Shown here one piece after another: positions 29,060 through 38,615 of a stretch of 62,779 bases of DNA. The DNA is taken from contig JAFTYD010000021.1 of the NCBI GenBank assembly GCA_017464845.1, forward strand, positions 1 to 62,779. Direction: 5' to 3'. The notes below the pieces were generated by a model, which was given only the letters and a program-made list of their open reading frames with translations, searched no databases and was not told where the DNA came from. Source of the stretch: Clostridia bacterium. Lineage in GTDB: Bacteria > Bacillota > Clostridia > Christensenellales > UBA1242. How positions within the stretch are numbered: position 1 is the stretch's first letter; every line of letters starts with the position of its first letter. Position numbers and translations under genes: made by a program.

Positions 29060-29932
29060 ATGAACATAAATGAATTGATGGTTAAAGAAGAAGGTGTACT
29101 TACATTTAGACAAAAATTTTTTTTGAAAGTACATACAAGTATAATGACATCTGGTGCTGTAATAAGTAATGCATTGTTAGATTTGGCTAAAAATTTAAGA
29201 GAAATGAAAGAAGAGGAATTGTATCTTGAAGTTGGTTTTAAAACATTTGATGATTATTGTGAACAAGTTTGTGGTTTAAAATCAAGGCAGGCTTATAACT
29301 ACATAAAAGTATTTGATGATTTGGGAGAGGAATTTTTGCATTCAAATGCAAAAATTGGAATAAGTAAATTGACTCTTTTAACAACATTATCTGAGGGGGA
29401 GAAGATTGAAATTTTTGATAATGTAGATATAGAGGGAATTTCTGTTAAAAAATTAAAACAAGAGATTGAGGATCTTAAGAAAAGAAATAAAGTTCAAGAA
29501 GATGTTGTGTATGAAAAAGATAAATTAAAGCAGGAAGTTGTAATATTAAAAGCAAAAATAAATGAACTTAAGAATCAAAATCCAAAAATAGTTGAAGTTG
29601 AAAAAGACAATTCTGAGAATTTTAAAAAGAAATTATTAGATTTAGAATACAAATTAAGAATAACTAAAGATCAACTAAAAGATAAAGAAAAAAATCTAGA
29701 TGAACAGTTACGAAGTAAAGATTTAGAAATTGAAAAATTGAAAACGTCTTATAATATTCTTTCAAAACAAGTTCAAATAAATAGTTCTGAAGAATTAGTT
29801 GAATTTAAGATGAAATTTGATGATTTACAAAAAATTGTTATTTCTCTTAAGAATTTAATTTTAAGGCTTCCTGAAGATAAACAAGAAGGTTGTAAAAATG
29901 CTTTAAAAAAGGTGGTAGAAGTTTTATGTTAA
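29060..29932 (+). CDS. Hypothetical coiled-coil protein, DUF3102-like N-terminus (290 aa)
   Basis: N-terminal region (LDLAKNLREMKEEELYLEVGFKTFDDYCEQVCGLKSRQAYNYIKVF) resembles phage/ICE DUF3102 proteins. Long Lys/Glu coiled coil. Confidence 0.4.
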   Translation: MNINELMVKEEGVLTFRQKFFLKVHTSIMTSGAVISNALLDLAKNLREMKEEELYLEVGFKTFDDYCEQVCGLKSRQAYNYIKVFDDLGEEFLHSNAKIGISKLTLLTTLSEGEKIEIFDNVDIEGISVKKLKQEIEDLKKRNKVQEDVVYEKDKLKQEVVILKAKINELKNQNPKIVEVEKDNSENFKKKLLDLEYKLRITKDQLKDKEKNLDEQLRSKDLEIEKLKTSYNILSKQVQINSSEELVEFKMKFDDLQKIVISLKNLILRLPEDKQEGCKNALKKVVEVLC

Positions 29933-30225
29933 AAGATGAATTTTTAGATATGATGAAACAAGATTTAGTTACTAAAAATGATAAAAATTTATATCAAGTT
30001 TTAGAAATTTTTGAAAATATTTTGAAAGATTATCCTAGTACATTGAATATCGATTCTAGTAAAAGTATAGAAGAGTGTTATAAGAATATGGAAAAATATG
30101 CTAAAAGTCATGCAAAAAATGGTTGCTATTGTTTCTCTGGAGTAGAATCTACTAACTTTATAATTAACTATTTTGGTTTAAAAAAACAAGAAAATATTTT
30201 TTTGAAATTAGAAGATTTTATATAG
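29926..30225 (+). CDS. Hypothetical protein (99 aa)
   Basis: ORF overlapping the upstream stop, within the same-strand early gene block. Confidence 0.45.
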   Translation: MLKDEFLDMMKQDLVTKNDKNLYQVLEIFENILKDYPSTLNIDSSKSIEECYKNMEKYAKSHAKNGCYCFSGVESTNFIINYFGLKKQENIFLKLEDFI

Positions 30226-30232
30226 TTTTGTT

Positions 30233-31570
30233 ATGAGAAAATATACTTTAAATTATTATTTAGAATTTTTGGAAGAACAAAATTCTAAAAAGTTTTTAAA
30301 TAAATTAAAAAAATATATTAATAATGTAATACCGAAAATAGAAGAGCGATATAAAAAATTATCAAAAGCTTTTTTAATTGATTATGTATCAAGATATGAA
30401 GATTTTTATATGATTACAACTTATAGAACTGATAATTTATTGCCTGTAGGGATTAATATAATCAGGTATAAAAATGGTAAGAAAATTGAACAGTTCTATA
30501 GACAGGATTTTATTAATTATTTTAGTGCTGATACATATTGGCTTAGGGGTAAGATGAATTACTTTACTAAAAGATATCTTTATTGTGATAACTTAAAGGA
30601 ATTATTTAAAGAATCTGAATTTAATTATAGTGAAGTTTGGAATTTAGGTAAAAAGATTGATTTAAAGATAAGACATCTTTTATATTTCTGTGAAACAAAA
30701 GAAATTAAAGTTATTGAAAGTTTAACTAAGATAGGTTGTTATAAACTTGCAAGAGATATTATGAATGGGAAATATTCAATAATAGATTGTAAAGATTTAG
30801 TTAAGTCTTTACGAATTCCTGATAAGAATTTTTTAAAGAAAATAAAACAAGAAGATTTTGGAGCATATTCTTTAATCATTTATAAAAGATTTTTAGATCT
30901 TTCTTTACCAGATAAATATTTCAAGTATTTAAAAGGTTTTTTTAAATCTTATTATAATCTTGAAAGATTTGATGGCTTTACACATAAAGCTTTTGTTGAT
31001 TATTATCTTGAACAGATAAAACAAAAGTTATATAAAGGTTGTTTTTGTTATTTTTATCAAGATTATCGAGATTATATTTTTGTTGGGAAAAAGTTAAATT
31101 ATAATTTTAAAGATTCAAAATTTTATAGACCATTTAATTTTAAAGTTGCTCATGATAATGCAGTAAATAAATTAGATTCAGTTAAAAATAAAGAACTGTA
31201 TTCAAAAGTTAATAAAGAACTAAGAAAATATCAATGTTTAAATTTCGAAGATAAAAAATATTTAGTTGTTATGCCTATAAAAGCTGAAGATATTATTACT
31301 GAAGGTCAACAAATGATGAATTGTGTTGGATCATATTTAGGAAGAATTAAAGATAAAAAATCAATAATTTGTTTTATTCGTAAAATTGAAGAAAGAGACA
31401 AAAGTTTTTATACATTAGAATTAAATCCAAAGGATTTTAAAGTGGTTCAGTGTAGAGGTTTTCATAATAATCCTACATCGGAAGAATACCAGGTTAAAAA
31501 GTTTGTAAGTAAGTGGTTAAAAGAAATTGTTGAAAAAAATGTTATGAAATTATCTAGAGAGGGATTATGA
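30233..31570 (+). CDS. PcfJ-like protein (445 aa)
   Basis: C-terminal EGQQMMNCVGSYLGRIKDKKSIICFIRK...FYTLEL...VVQCRGFHN matches my recollection of the PcfJ-like domain. Confidence 0.45.
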   Translation: MRKYTLNYYLEFLEEQNSKKFLNKLKKYINNVIPKIEERYKKLSKAFLIDYVSRYEDFYMITTYRTDNLLPVGINIIRYKNGKKIEQFYRQDFINYFSADTYWLRGKMNYFTKRYLYCDNLKELFKESEFNYSEVWNLGKKIDLKIRHLLYFCETKEIKVIESLTKIGCYKLARDIMNGKYSIIDCKDLVKSLRIPDKNFLKKIKQEDFGAYSLIIYKRFLDLSLPDKYFKYLKGFFKSYYNLERFDGFTHKAFVDYYLEQIKQKLYKGCFCYFYQDYRDYIFVGKKLNYNFKDSKFYRPFNFKVAHDNAVNKLDSVKNKELYSKVNKELRKYQCLNFEDKKYLVVMPIKAEDIITEGQQMMNCVGSYLGRIKDKKSIICFIRKIEERDKSFYTLELNPKDFKVVQCRGFHNNPTSEEYQVKKFVSKWLKEIVEKNVMKLSREGL

Positions 31571-31770
31571 AAGAAAGTTTTTATAAGAAATTAAAGAGAT
31601 ATATAAGTTTATTAAGAGAGGGTAATAAGAATTTTATTAATTATTTATTTTCAAAGTTTGATAAATATCGTGAAGAAGAAAAGAAAAATTTAGATGATAT
31701 AAGAGTTGATAAACTCTTAATTTGGTCAGCATTGAAAGATTTTGAAGCTGATTTAATAATAGAATTTTAG
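31567..31770 (+). CDS. Hypothetical protein (67 aa)
   Basis: ATGA overlap with the upstream gene. Confidence 0.4.
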   Translation: MKESFYKKLKRYISLLREGNKNFINYLFSKFDKYREEEKKNLDDIRVDKLLIWSALKDFEADLIIEF

Positions 31771-31793
31771 TTTAAAATTATAGGAGAAATATT

Positions 31794-32087
31794 ATGGCAT
31801 TATATAAAAAACAACTTTTTGTAAAAACAAGAAAAGGTATATGGAAATGTAAAGAATGTAAGATAGAGAAGATACCTTGTAGTGAAACTTTTTGGAAAAA
31901 AAGTAATTTAATTGAAAAGAAATCTCAAATTGGAGAACACACTTATCTTACCTTTGTATATTCAAAGAATGGATTTGATAAGATTGTTTCAAAAGCTATT
32001 ACTTATTTTGGTAAAAATGAAAAGGTAATAAGAGAATTAATAACTACATCAAATGTTTTACCAAAGTCTTATAAGGGCATGAAATAA
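31794..32087 (+). CDS. Hypothetical protein (97 aa)
   Basis: RBS TAGGAGA. Possible Cys pair (CKECKIEKIPC). Confidence 0.45.
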   Translation: MALYKKQLFVKTRKGIWKCKECKIEKIPCSETFWKKSNLIEKKSQIGEHTYLTFVYSKNGFDKIVSKAITYFGKNEKVIRELITTSNVLPKSYKGMK

Positions 32088-32115
32088 AAAAACACCTAAT
32101 GTAAAGGTGTTTAGT

Positions 32116-32340
32116 TTAAGAAAGCTTTTTTACAATGAAGTTGTGTTTGTCGTTTGTTGGTATCAAATCAAAATTTGCTTTTTTAAGCTCTGATTTTAAG
32201 ATTGTAAGATTTGGGTCGTCAGACAATATGTTTTGATTAAAACATACTTCTAACTCATTTGAAAGATTGAAACTATTTGGTGTAGTAGTTAAATCATTAA
32301 TGAATTCATGTGCGAATTCAAGTGGTGTTTGTTTTTCCAT
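32116..32340 (-). CDS. Hypothetical small protein (74 aa), element copy of 25710..25934
   Basis: 66/74 identical residues. The promoter and terminator flanks are also homologous. Confidence 0.6.
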   Translation of the reverse strand: MEKQTPLEFAHEFINDLTTTPNSFNLSNELEVCFNQNILSDDPNLTILKSELKKANFDLIPTNDKHNFIVKKLS

Positions 32341-32463
32341 AAATTTACTCCTTTAAGTAATTTTAACATAAAGGAAAAATAAAAACAAATTACTGATAAA
32401 AGAAATTTAAAAGTCGAGCAAATAAATAGTATTTGTAATTAAAAAAAAATAATAGGGAGAATT

Positions 32464-32655
32464 ATGAGATATAGTACAAAAAGAATATGGGGTACAGTAT
32501 TTTTATTTATTGGAATAATTATTTTATCATTAATAATTACCTCATTAGTTTTAGCTTCCATTCATGAAAATTCACTTGTTTCTGAATGGAAAAGTTGGTT
32601 TGGTCTTATGAAATTAGTAAAAGAACCAGTTGTTTCTTTAATGTTAAAAAAATAA
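32464..32655 (+). CDS. Small single-TM protein (63 aa)
   Basis: RBS AGGGAGA. TM segment WGTVFLFIGIIILSLIITSLVLA. Confidence 0.5.
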   Translation: MRYSTKRIWGTVFLFIGIIILSLIITSLVLASIHENSLVSEWKSWFGLMKLVKEPVVSLMLKK

Positions 32656-32670
32656 ATATAGGAGATTTCT

Positions 32671-34038
32671 ATGAGAAAAATAATTAACTTTATATTGATA
32701 TTGTTACTTATTCTTAATTGTTACTCTCCTGGTATAAATACAGCTTTTGCTGATGTAGATAGTGGTGTATATACAAATATACTTGATGATTTAGAAAAAG
32801 ATAAAAATTTTAAAAAAGAAGATTATCCATTAATTGAAGAAGATTATTCTTTACAGTTAATTCAAGTTGCAGAAAGTGAAAATAAAGAATTATTTATTTA
32901 TGTGTATCAACCTAATGGAAATAAAGATATTGTCGCAACTTATATTAATATGAGTCTAAATTCTGAGTTTACTAATCCATCTTTATATTCTTTAAAATTA
33001 CTTAATTATACAGGTACATTGTTTAAATATAAAGTCAATAGTATTGAGATAGATTTTGATTCGGTAAGATATTACAATATTGCCTCTATATTTAGAGATT
33101 TTATTCCAGATATTGATGAAGATGTAGATTCAAATAATACAATTAATTCAGTAAGTTTTGAAGTTGGCCAATTATGGGCTTTATCGTTTGATGATAATAA
33201 CAATTTGGTTTCTGAAATGCAAAAAACAGAAGTGGTTACTATTGTTGATAAATATGTTGGTTTCTTAAGATATAATAGTGATAATTTTTGGACTGGAAAA
33301 AAATGTGATGTTCACTTTGTAGCTTTTTCTACCGATTATAAAATTGATGAATTATATGAAGTAGATATTAGATATATTACTAAGAAATATAAGACTACTA
33401 CAGATTTAGGTATTCTTATTGAATCTTATGAATCAGGAACTAAATATGATTCTTCTATTACTCATGTTGAAACATTAACTTCTGATGAAAGTATTGATGC
33501 TACTTTAGGTTTTATAATTAAAGAAAAATATAGTTGGGATATGATTTCTACTTCAGAAAAATTTATAGAAGATAGAGAAAAAGAGAATATACAATTTAGT
33601 TCTTCTGCAAAAAAACAAATAAAAGATAAAGAATGGGTATTAAATTTTTATATTTCAGATTATAAAAAATGGAATGATCGTGTAGCAGGAACTCCTGTTG
33701 TTTCTTTTGAGACAGGAACTAAGGTTGAGCAGGTTACTTTACTTAGATTAAAATTTAAAACTGATGGTAAAATTTATAATTTAGGTGTGGTTGACAATAT
33801 ACAAACTGGAAGTGATACTCCTTCAGGTATTGGTTATACATTATTAGACTTAATAAAAAAAATACTAGATTATTTAAAAAATAATTGGTGGTGGATATTG
33901 TTAAGTGTTTTAGGATTTATTATTTTAATACCATTATTACCAATAATTATTCCATTGTTATTTAAAGGTATAAAGTTGTTATTTAAAGGATTGTGGTGGC
34001 TTGTAAGTACACCATTTGAAATATTTAAAGAAAAATAG
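32671..34038 (+). CDS. Secreted protein with N-terminal signal peptide and C-terminal TM anchor (455 aa)
   Basis: MRKIINFILILLLILNCYSPGINTAFA signal. C-terminal WWWILLSVLGFIILIPLLPIIIPLLF. This is the topology of filamentous-phage pIII-type proteins. No sequence family recognised. Confidence 0.55.
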   Translation: MRKIINFILILLLILNCYSPGINTAFADVDSGVYTNILDDLEKDKNFKKEDYPLIEEDYSLQLIQVAESENKELFIYVYQPNGNKDIVATYINMSLNSEFTNPSLYSLKLLNYTGTLFKYKVNSIEIDFDSVRYYNIASIFRDFIPDIDEDVDSNNTINSVSFEVGQLWALSFDDNNNLVSEMQKTEVVTIVDKYVGFLRYNSDNFWTGKKCDVHFVAFSTDYKIDELYEVDIRYITKKYKTTTDLGILIESYESGTKYDSSITHVETLTSDESIDATLGFIIKEKYSWDMISTSEKFIEDREKENIQFSSSAKKQIKDKEWVLNFYISDYKKWNDRVAGTPVVSFETGTKVEQVTLLRLKFKTDGKIYNLGVVDNIQTGSDTPSGIGYTLLDLIKKILDYLKNNWWWILLSVLGFIILIPLLPIIIPLLFKGIKLLFKGLWWLVSTPFEIFKEK

Positions 34039-34048
34039 GAGATAGGAA

Positions 34049-35458
34049 GTGGTAAGAAGAATAATAGGATACATTTTAATTGGACTTCTTGCAATAGGAT
34101 CTTGTTTTGGAATTGGTTATGGAATTGCTTATTCACGTCTTAGAAAAAACACATCAATGGAATATGTTAATTCTTTAAAGAAAGAAATAAGAGATTATGA
34201 AAAACTTGTTGATAATTATTATTTAGAGATATCTACTTTAAATAAAACTATTGCAAACTTAAAACTTGAAATATTAAATAATGAAAGTATATCATCAGAT
34301 TATTTGGTTCAAATAGAATATTTAAATACACAAATAAATGAATTAAATGAGTTACTTAATATTTACAAAGGCAATGAAGAAAATTATATTAAAACGATTA
34401 ATGAACTTTCTTCTGAAATTGAATTATTAAATATTCAAATATTAGAATTGAAGTATGACTTAGATGAAGTATCTACAGCTAATGAAGAGTTAAATTTAAG
34501 ATTAACTAGATTAAATAATTCTATTAGTAATTTAGAAAATTATATAATTAATAACTTATCTGATAATGAAGTTTTAATTACATTTGAAGTTGATAATAGC
34601 ATAGAATCAATTCAAATTGTTGAGAAGAATTCAACAATAAATATTGATGAACTTGTTATTCCTGAAAATATTGAATTGTTAGGTTGGGTAGTTGATGGAG
34701 TTCTAGTTAATTCAGATACATATGTTGTAACAGAAAATACTAAGTTTATTGCCTTATTTAATGAATATGTAATGGTTGATGAATATTATGATAATAATTT
34801 AAATGAATCATTTTCTAATGTGTTAAAATCAAGAGCATTTTTATTTGATGATTATGGAGTAGATTTTTCTAATATTCAAGCAAATATTAATTATGTAAAG
34901 CTTCAAAATGAAAATCTTATAATTGGTTTTAAAAATGGAAGTAATGAAACAGATATGTTTGAAGTTACTTATGATGTGGCTAAATTTAATTTAAATGTTT
35001 CTAGTTTTAAAGCTGAAGATTTAGAGAAAATTATTCAATTAGAAATAAAGAATTTTAATAGTTATACAAAAGCAACAACACTTTCAATTGGAGATAAGTT
35101 TGATAATAAACTTAATGCTTTAGTTAATAATGTTGTTGGTTGTGTTAATGAAAATATTGATACTTCAAATGTTTACTTTGAGTTTGTTTGTTCTAATGAA
35201 TCATCAAAAGAAATTTATACAATGAATATTTTACTTGTTACAGAAAATGGAAATTCATATAAAATTAATAATTTTGGTATTATTACTGGAGTAGAAAATT
35301 TTTCATTTATTGAAGAAGATGTTAAAAATTATTGTTTATCTAAATTTTCTGGAATTATTGGTGTTAGTTTAGAAGGTTTGTCTAGTTCTAGTGGTTTTAA
35401 TTTTAGTGAAGAAAAATTAGATATTTATTTTTCAACACTTAATTTTGTATTAGTTTGA
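34049..35458 (+). CDS. N-terminally anchored coiled-coil protein (469 aa)
   Basis: GTG start after TAGGAGATAGGAA. TM IIGYILIGLLAIGSCFGIGYGIA followed by heptad-rich LNxxIxxL repeats. Confidence 0.5.
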   Translation: MVRRIIGYILIGLLAIGSCFGIGYGIAYSRLRKNTSMEYVNSLKKEIRDYEKLVDNYYLEISTLNKTIANLKLEILNNESISSDYLVQIEYLNTQINELNELLNIYKGNEENYIKTINELSSEIELLNIQILELKYDLDEVSTANEELNLRLTRLNNSISNLENYIINNLSDNEVLITFEVDNSIESIQIVEKNSTINIDELVIPENIELLGWVVDGVLVNSDTYVVTENTKFIALFNEYVMVDEYYDNNLNESFSNVLKSRAFLFDDYGVDFSNIQANINYVKLQNENLIIGFKNGSNETDMFEVTYDVAKFNLNVSSFKAEDLEKIIQLEIKNFNSYTKATTLSIGDKFDNKLNALVNNVVGCVNENIDTSNVYFEFVCSNESSKEIYTMNILLVTENGNSYKINNFGIITGVENFSFIEEDVKNYCLSKFSGIIGVSLEGLSSSSGFNFSEEKLDIYFSTLNFVLV

Positions 35459-35475
35459 AATAGGGAGAAAGAGTA

Positions 35476-36210
35476 TTGAAAAAAATATTATTGATTATTT
35501 TTGTATTGTTAACTTGTATTGCTACTTTTGTATTAGGGTTTTATGTAAAAGACAATACAACAAAAGAAATTGATTCAAATACTTCTAATTTAGAAGATAT
35601 TGTTGAAGAAAAAAATAGCTTGATTAGTGATTTAATAAAAGAAAATGAAAGTTTAAAAAATAATAATGAAGTTGTTTCTTATGATAATACAAAATTTGCT
35701 TTTAATTTAAGTGAATTAGGTCTTTATAAAAACAATGAATATACAGTGTTTACAAATGTAAATGATCCAAATCTTGCTTATGGAATTATTAGTAATGATA
35801 TGTTTTATTTTGAAGATTCATATTATGAAAATCTTGATTCTGTTCTTAGAATTCAAGTAAGTGTTGAAGAGAATTTTCAACAAGTTAATCTAGATGCTTA
35901 TCATTATTATTTTTGTAGAACAATTACATTTGATTTAAAAAATTCAAGTGTTGATGAGTTAGAATCAATAAAATCAATTTCTTTAAAAATTGATGGAGTA
36001 GATTATGTTATTGATATGACTAATAATGTAATTGAAATTAATGATGTAAATTGTTCAGTTGGTTTAGTAATTTTGCCTTTGGAAAATTGTGAACAATATT
36101 ATACTCAGTTGTATATTATTCCATCTGCTAGTGATTCAAGTGTAGTATTTAATATTAATAGTTTAGAAATGACTTCTTTTGAAGTTGAAAGTTCAACAAT
36201 TAATTTGTAA
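35476..36210 (+). CDS. N-terminally anchored/secreted hypothetical protein (244 aa)
   Basis: TTG start after AGGGAGAAAGAG. Signal/anchor KKILLIIFVLLTCIATFVLGF. Confidence 0.5.
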   Translation: MKKILLIIFVLLTCIATFVLGFYVKDNTTKEIDSNTSNLEDIVEEKNSLISDLIKENESLKNNNEVVSYDNTKFAFNLSELGLYKNNEYTVFTNVNDPNLAYGIISNDMFYFEDSYYENLDSVLRIQVSVEENFQQVNLDAYHYYFCRTITFDLKNSSVDELESIKSISLKIDGVDYVIDMTNNVIEINDVNCSVGLVILPLENCEQYYTQLYIIPSASDSSVVFNINSLEMTSFEVESSTINL

Positions 36211-36220
36211 TTTAGTGCGA

Positions 36221-36320
36221 TGGTGGGGACACTTCAATACTACCCACCACTAGATATATTTAATTGTATTTTCCTCCTTTATACAATTAGATATATTACC
36301 AACTACCAAGGGCCCGGTAG
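36221..36320 (+). other. Structured, locally G/C-rich intergenic region with three hairpins (candidate packaging signal / complementary-strand origin)
   Basis: TGGTGGG(36221-27)/CCCACCA(36243-49). TAATTGTAT(36261-69)/ATACAATTA(36281-89) with loop TTTCCTCCTTT, flanked by direct TAGATATATT repeats. CTACC-AAGGGCCC-GGTAG (36303-20). Confidence 0.5.
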
Positions 36321-36350
36321 TAAAAAAAATAAATATGAAAGGGAAATAAT

Positions 36351-36800
36351 ATGGAAGATTTAAGAAAATTAAATGAAATGGTAAAAGCGATTAGTTTAGG
36401 TTTAGATAAGAATACTAATAGAAATTATGGAGAAAGAGCAATTTGTACTGTAGAATTTTTTAATGGAGAAAAATTAACATTTAAAGATAAAAATAATCAG
36501 TTGTATAGATTGTTGATGGCTTATAAGAAATGTGGAATTGATATTAATAATGTTATTACTTCAAAAAGATTAATTGAAGATTATAAATCAAATAAGTTAG
36601 ATGATATTTCTGAAGATGATAAGGATAGTATTGACAATGATAAGTCGACATTTGTAGCTGTGCTTTATGAAGTAGATGGATATAAATACTATTTATTCCC
36701 ATCTGATTTTACTGTGCTTAGAATTATTGATTTATATTATAACAAGTTTTTAGAACTTCGTTCTGAAAAAAATAAAATTAAAAAAGATATTAAGGAGTAA
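36351..36800 (+). CDS. Hypothetical protein (149 aa)
   Basis: ORF with RBS AAAGGGAAA. No motif recognised. Confidence 0.45.
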   Translation: MEDLRKLNEMVKAISLGLDKNTNRNYGERAICTVEFFNGEKLTFKDKNNQLYRLLMAYKKCGIDINNVITSKRLIEDYKSNKLDDISEDDKDSIDNDKSTFVAVLYEVDGYKYYLFPSDFTVLRIIDLYYNKFLELRSEKNKIKKDIKE

Positions 36801-36803
36801 ATA

Positions 36804-36935
36804 ATGAGAAAAAGATATCTTAAAAATGCTAATAAAAAATGTGTAAAAAAAGTAACAAGAGTTACTGAATCATATTCTGATGGTTCTAAAGTTATTACAT
36901 ATAGAATTCCATCAAAAAAAAGAACTAAATATTAA
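36804..36935 (+). CDS. Very basic small protein (43 aa), not in the ORF track
   Basis: ATG 36804 lies after AAGGAG. MRKRYLKNANKKCVKKVTRVTESYSDGSKVITYRIPSKKRTKY has 14 Lys/Arg of 43 residues. Confidence 0.4.
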   Translation: MRKRYLKNANKKCVKKVTRVTESYSDGSKVITYRIPSKKRTKY

Positions 36936-36959
36936 TTAGTTTTTTAGTGAGGATTAATT

Positions 36960-37178
36960 ATGGGAGTTATTGATTATACTAAATTTAAACTATCTTATAA
37001 TGATTTGCGAAAATATTATAAAGGTTATGGTGTTTATAATCGTAAAGGTGAATTAGTTAATATTAGTTCAATGTCTAATAACGAATTACGTTCTTTTCAA
37101 AATGATTTGGCTAATGAAAGAAAAAATTTTTTATCTGGCAAAAAAGGTTGGAAAGTTATTATTCGAAAAATCAAATAA
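36960..37178 (+). CDS. Hypothetical small protein (72 aa)
   Basis: RBS GTGAGGA. Basic C-terminus. Confidence 0.45.
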   Translation: MGVIDYTKFKLSYNDLRKYYKGYGVYNRKGELVNISSMSNNELRSFQNDLANERKNFLSGKKGWKVIIRKIK

Positions 37179-37274
37179 AAAATTATTTTGGAGTAAATTA
37201 TGCATATTGTCAAAATCAGTAAAAATAACTAAATACTAAAATGAACTTATTGTCAAATAAAATACGAGGTTTAT

Positions 37275-38183
37275 ATGGTTAGAAAATTTAATGATGTGTT
37301 CGATTTGAATAAACGAATTGGGAAAATGCTTATATGTGGAGTAGAAGGTTCTGGAAAGACTTTACTTTCTACATATATTGGTATTCAAAAAATGTTAAGA
37401 GGTCAGGAAGATTGTTGGAAGTCTTTTAAAGAAATAGATAATATAAATAAATTAGGTTATACTTTTTCTAAAAACTTTGAACATTTGTTATTTTCTAATT
37501 ATGATATGAATTGTAAAGGTACTTATGTACCTAATCGTAAAACAAATTTACTAGATCCATTTAAGGTTGGGTTGGTATGTAAAAATTATGAAACAGTACC
37601 ATTACCACCATATTCCTTTTTAATAATAACAGAAGCTCAAAGAGTTTTTAATGCGTATATGTGGCAATATTTAAGAGCTGAAGTTCGAGCATTTTGGGAA
37701 ACATCAAGGCAAGCTAATATAGAAATAATACTTGATACAAATCAACCTGAATTAATTTATAAAGGTATGAGAGAATTGTTAAATCGAATAATTTATTTAT
37801 ATAAAGATACAGAAGAGGTAATAGATAAAGAAGGGAATGTTAAAGGTCATAGACTATACATTAAAGAGTTTAAAAAGTATAAATACCTAGAAAAGTATCT
37901 TGAGAATTCTAATGAAAATTTAGTAATGGACACATATATTTTAGAATTAGTTGGTTGTTTGTATTCAAATTATGATTCTTATCAATGTAAGATGTTACAT
38001 TTAAATGGTAGAACAGATGATGATTATAATATTGCAAAGTTCCCAGATATAAAAACTATTGAAGATGTTGAAATGTTTGCAGAAAATTTTGGATTATATC
38101 CTCCAGAAGGTTATTATGTTAAACCTTCAACAAATGTAAAACAAAGTAATAATAAAGAAGAAATTATAGGAGAAATATTTTAA
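37275..38183 (+). CDS. Zot-like P-loop NTPase (candidate filamentous-phage pI-type morphogenesis ATPase)
   Basis: Walker A GVEGSGKT (37338-37361) near the N-terminus. Walker B-like FLIITEAQRVF. SRQANIEIILDTNQPELIYKGMRELLNRIIYL resembles the HRHxGxDIxLxTQ...IR block of Zot/pI. No TM segment seen. Confidence 0.55.
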   Translation: MVRKFNDVFDLNKRIGKMLICGVEGSGKTLLSTYIGIQKMLRGQEDCWKSFKEIDNINKLGYTFSKNFEHLLFSNYDMNCKGTYVPNRKTNLLDPFKVGLVCKNYETVPLPPYSFLIITEAQRVFNAYMWQYLRAEVRAFWETSRQANIEIILDTNQPELIYKGMRELLNRIIYLYKDTEEVIDKEGNVKGHRLYIKEFKKYKYLEKYLENSNENLVMDTYILELVGCLYSNYDSYQCKMLHLNGRTDDDYNIAKFPDIKTIEDVEMFAENFGLYPPEGYYVKPSTNVKQSNNKEEIIGEIF

Positions 38184-38557
38184 TGGAAGAATTAGATAAT
38201 TTAACAGAAAATACAGATAGCATGTTAAAGTTAAGACTTAAAGGTAAACTTATTAATGATATATCTTCTGTATTTTCTGAAATAGCTCAGAATAAAGGTG
38301 TTTATGCTGAGTGTGGTCGATTTGGTCGAAGATTTAAAAATAAAGCTGTAAAGAGTATTTATACAGATTTTTGTAAAGGTTTAAAAAGTTTAGATAAAAA
38401 AATACCAGTATTTATTGAAATTCCAAAGCTTCAAGAATATTCAAATGGTACATATGAAGAAGTACATAGTAATAAAAAAGAAAGAACACTCGTTTCTTCT
38501 CCTATTCAAAAAGAAGTAGAAGGGAAAATAGAAGAAGTTAAGTATCTTGTTCAGTAG
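38183..38557 (+). CDS. Hypothetical protein (124 aa)
   Basis: TAATG overlap with the Zot-like gene. Confidence 0.45.
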   Translation: MEELDNLTENTDSMLKLRLKGKLINDISSVFSEIAQNKGVYAECGRFGRRFKNKAVKSIYTDFCKGLKSLDKKIPVFIEIPKLQEYSNGTYEEVHSNKKERTLVSSPIQKEVEGKIEEVKYLVQ

Positions 38558-38615
38558 TTTAATTTATAAATTGTTTTTTTTGTTTATTAGTAATAATAAT
38601 AAATTGGTGTGGTAT

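Noticed and set aside
32341-32463. A third att copy that would make 26002-40121 two tandem elements joined at the duplicated 74-aa gene
   Set aside because: The sequence following the duplicated flank (32400-32463) shows no similarity to the 80-bp att repeat or to any tRNA 3' end, so a single composite element is the simpler reading.
27317-32655. Assigning one of the small TM proteins (27317-27574, 27631-27855, 32464-32655) as an inovirus pVIII-type major coat protein
   Set aside because: None shows the typical signal peptide, short acidic N-terminus, single TM and basic C-terminal tail in about 45-80 aa. Two of them look like halves of one split gene, so no coat protein call is supportable from sequence alone.
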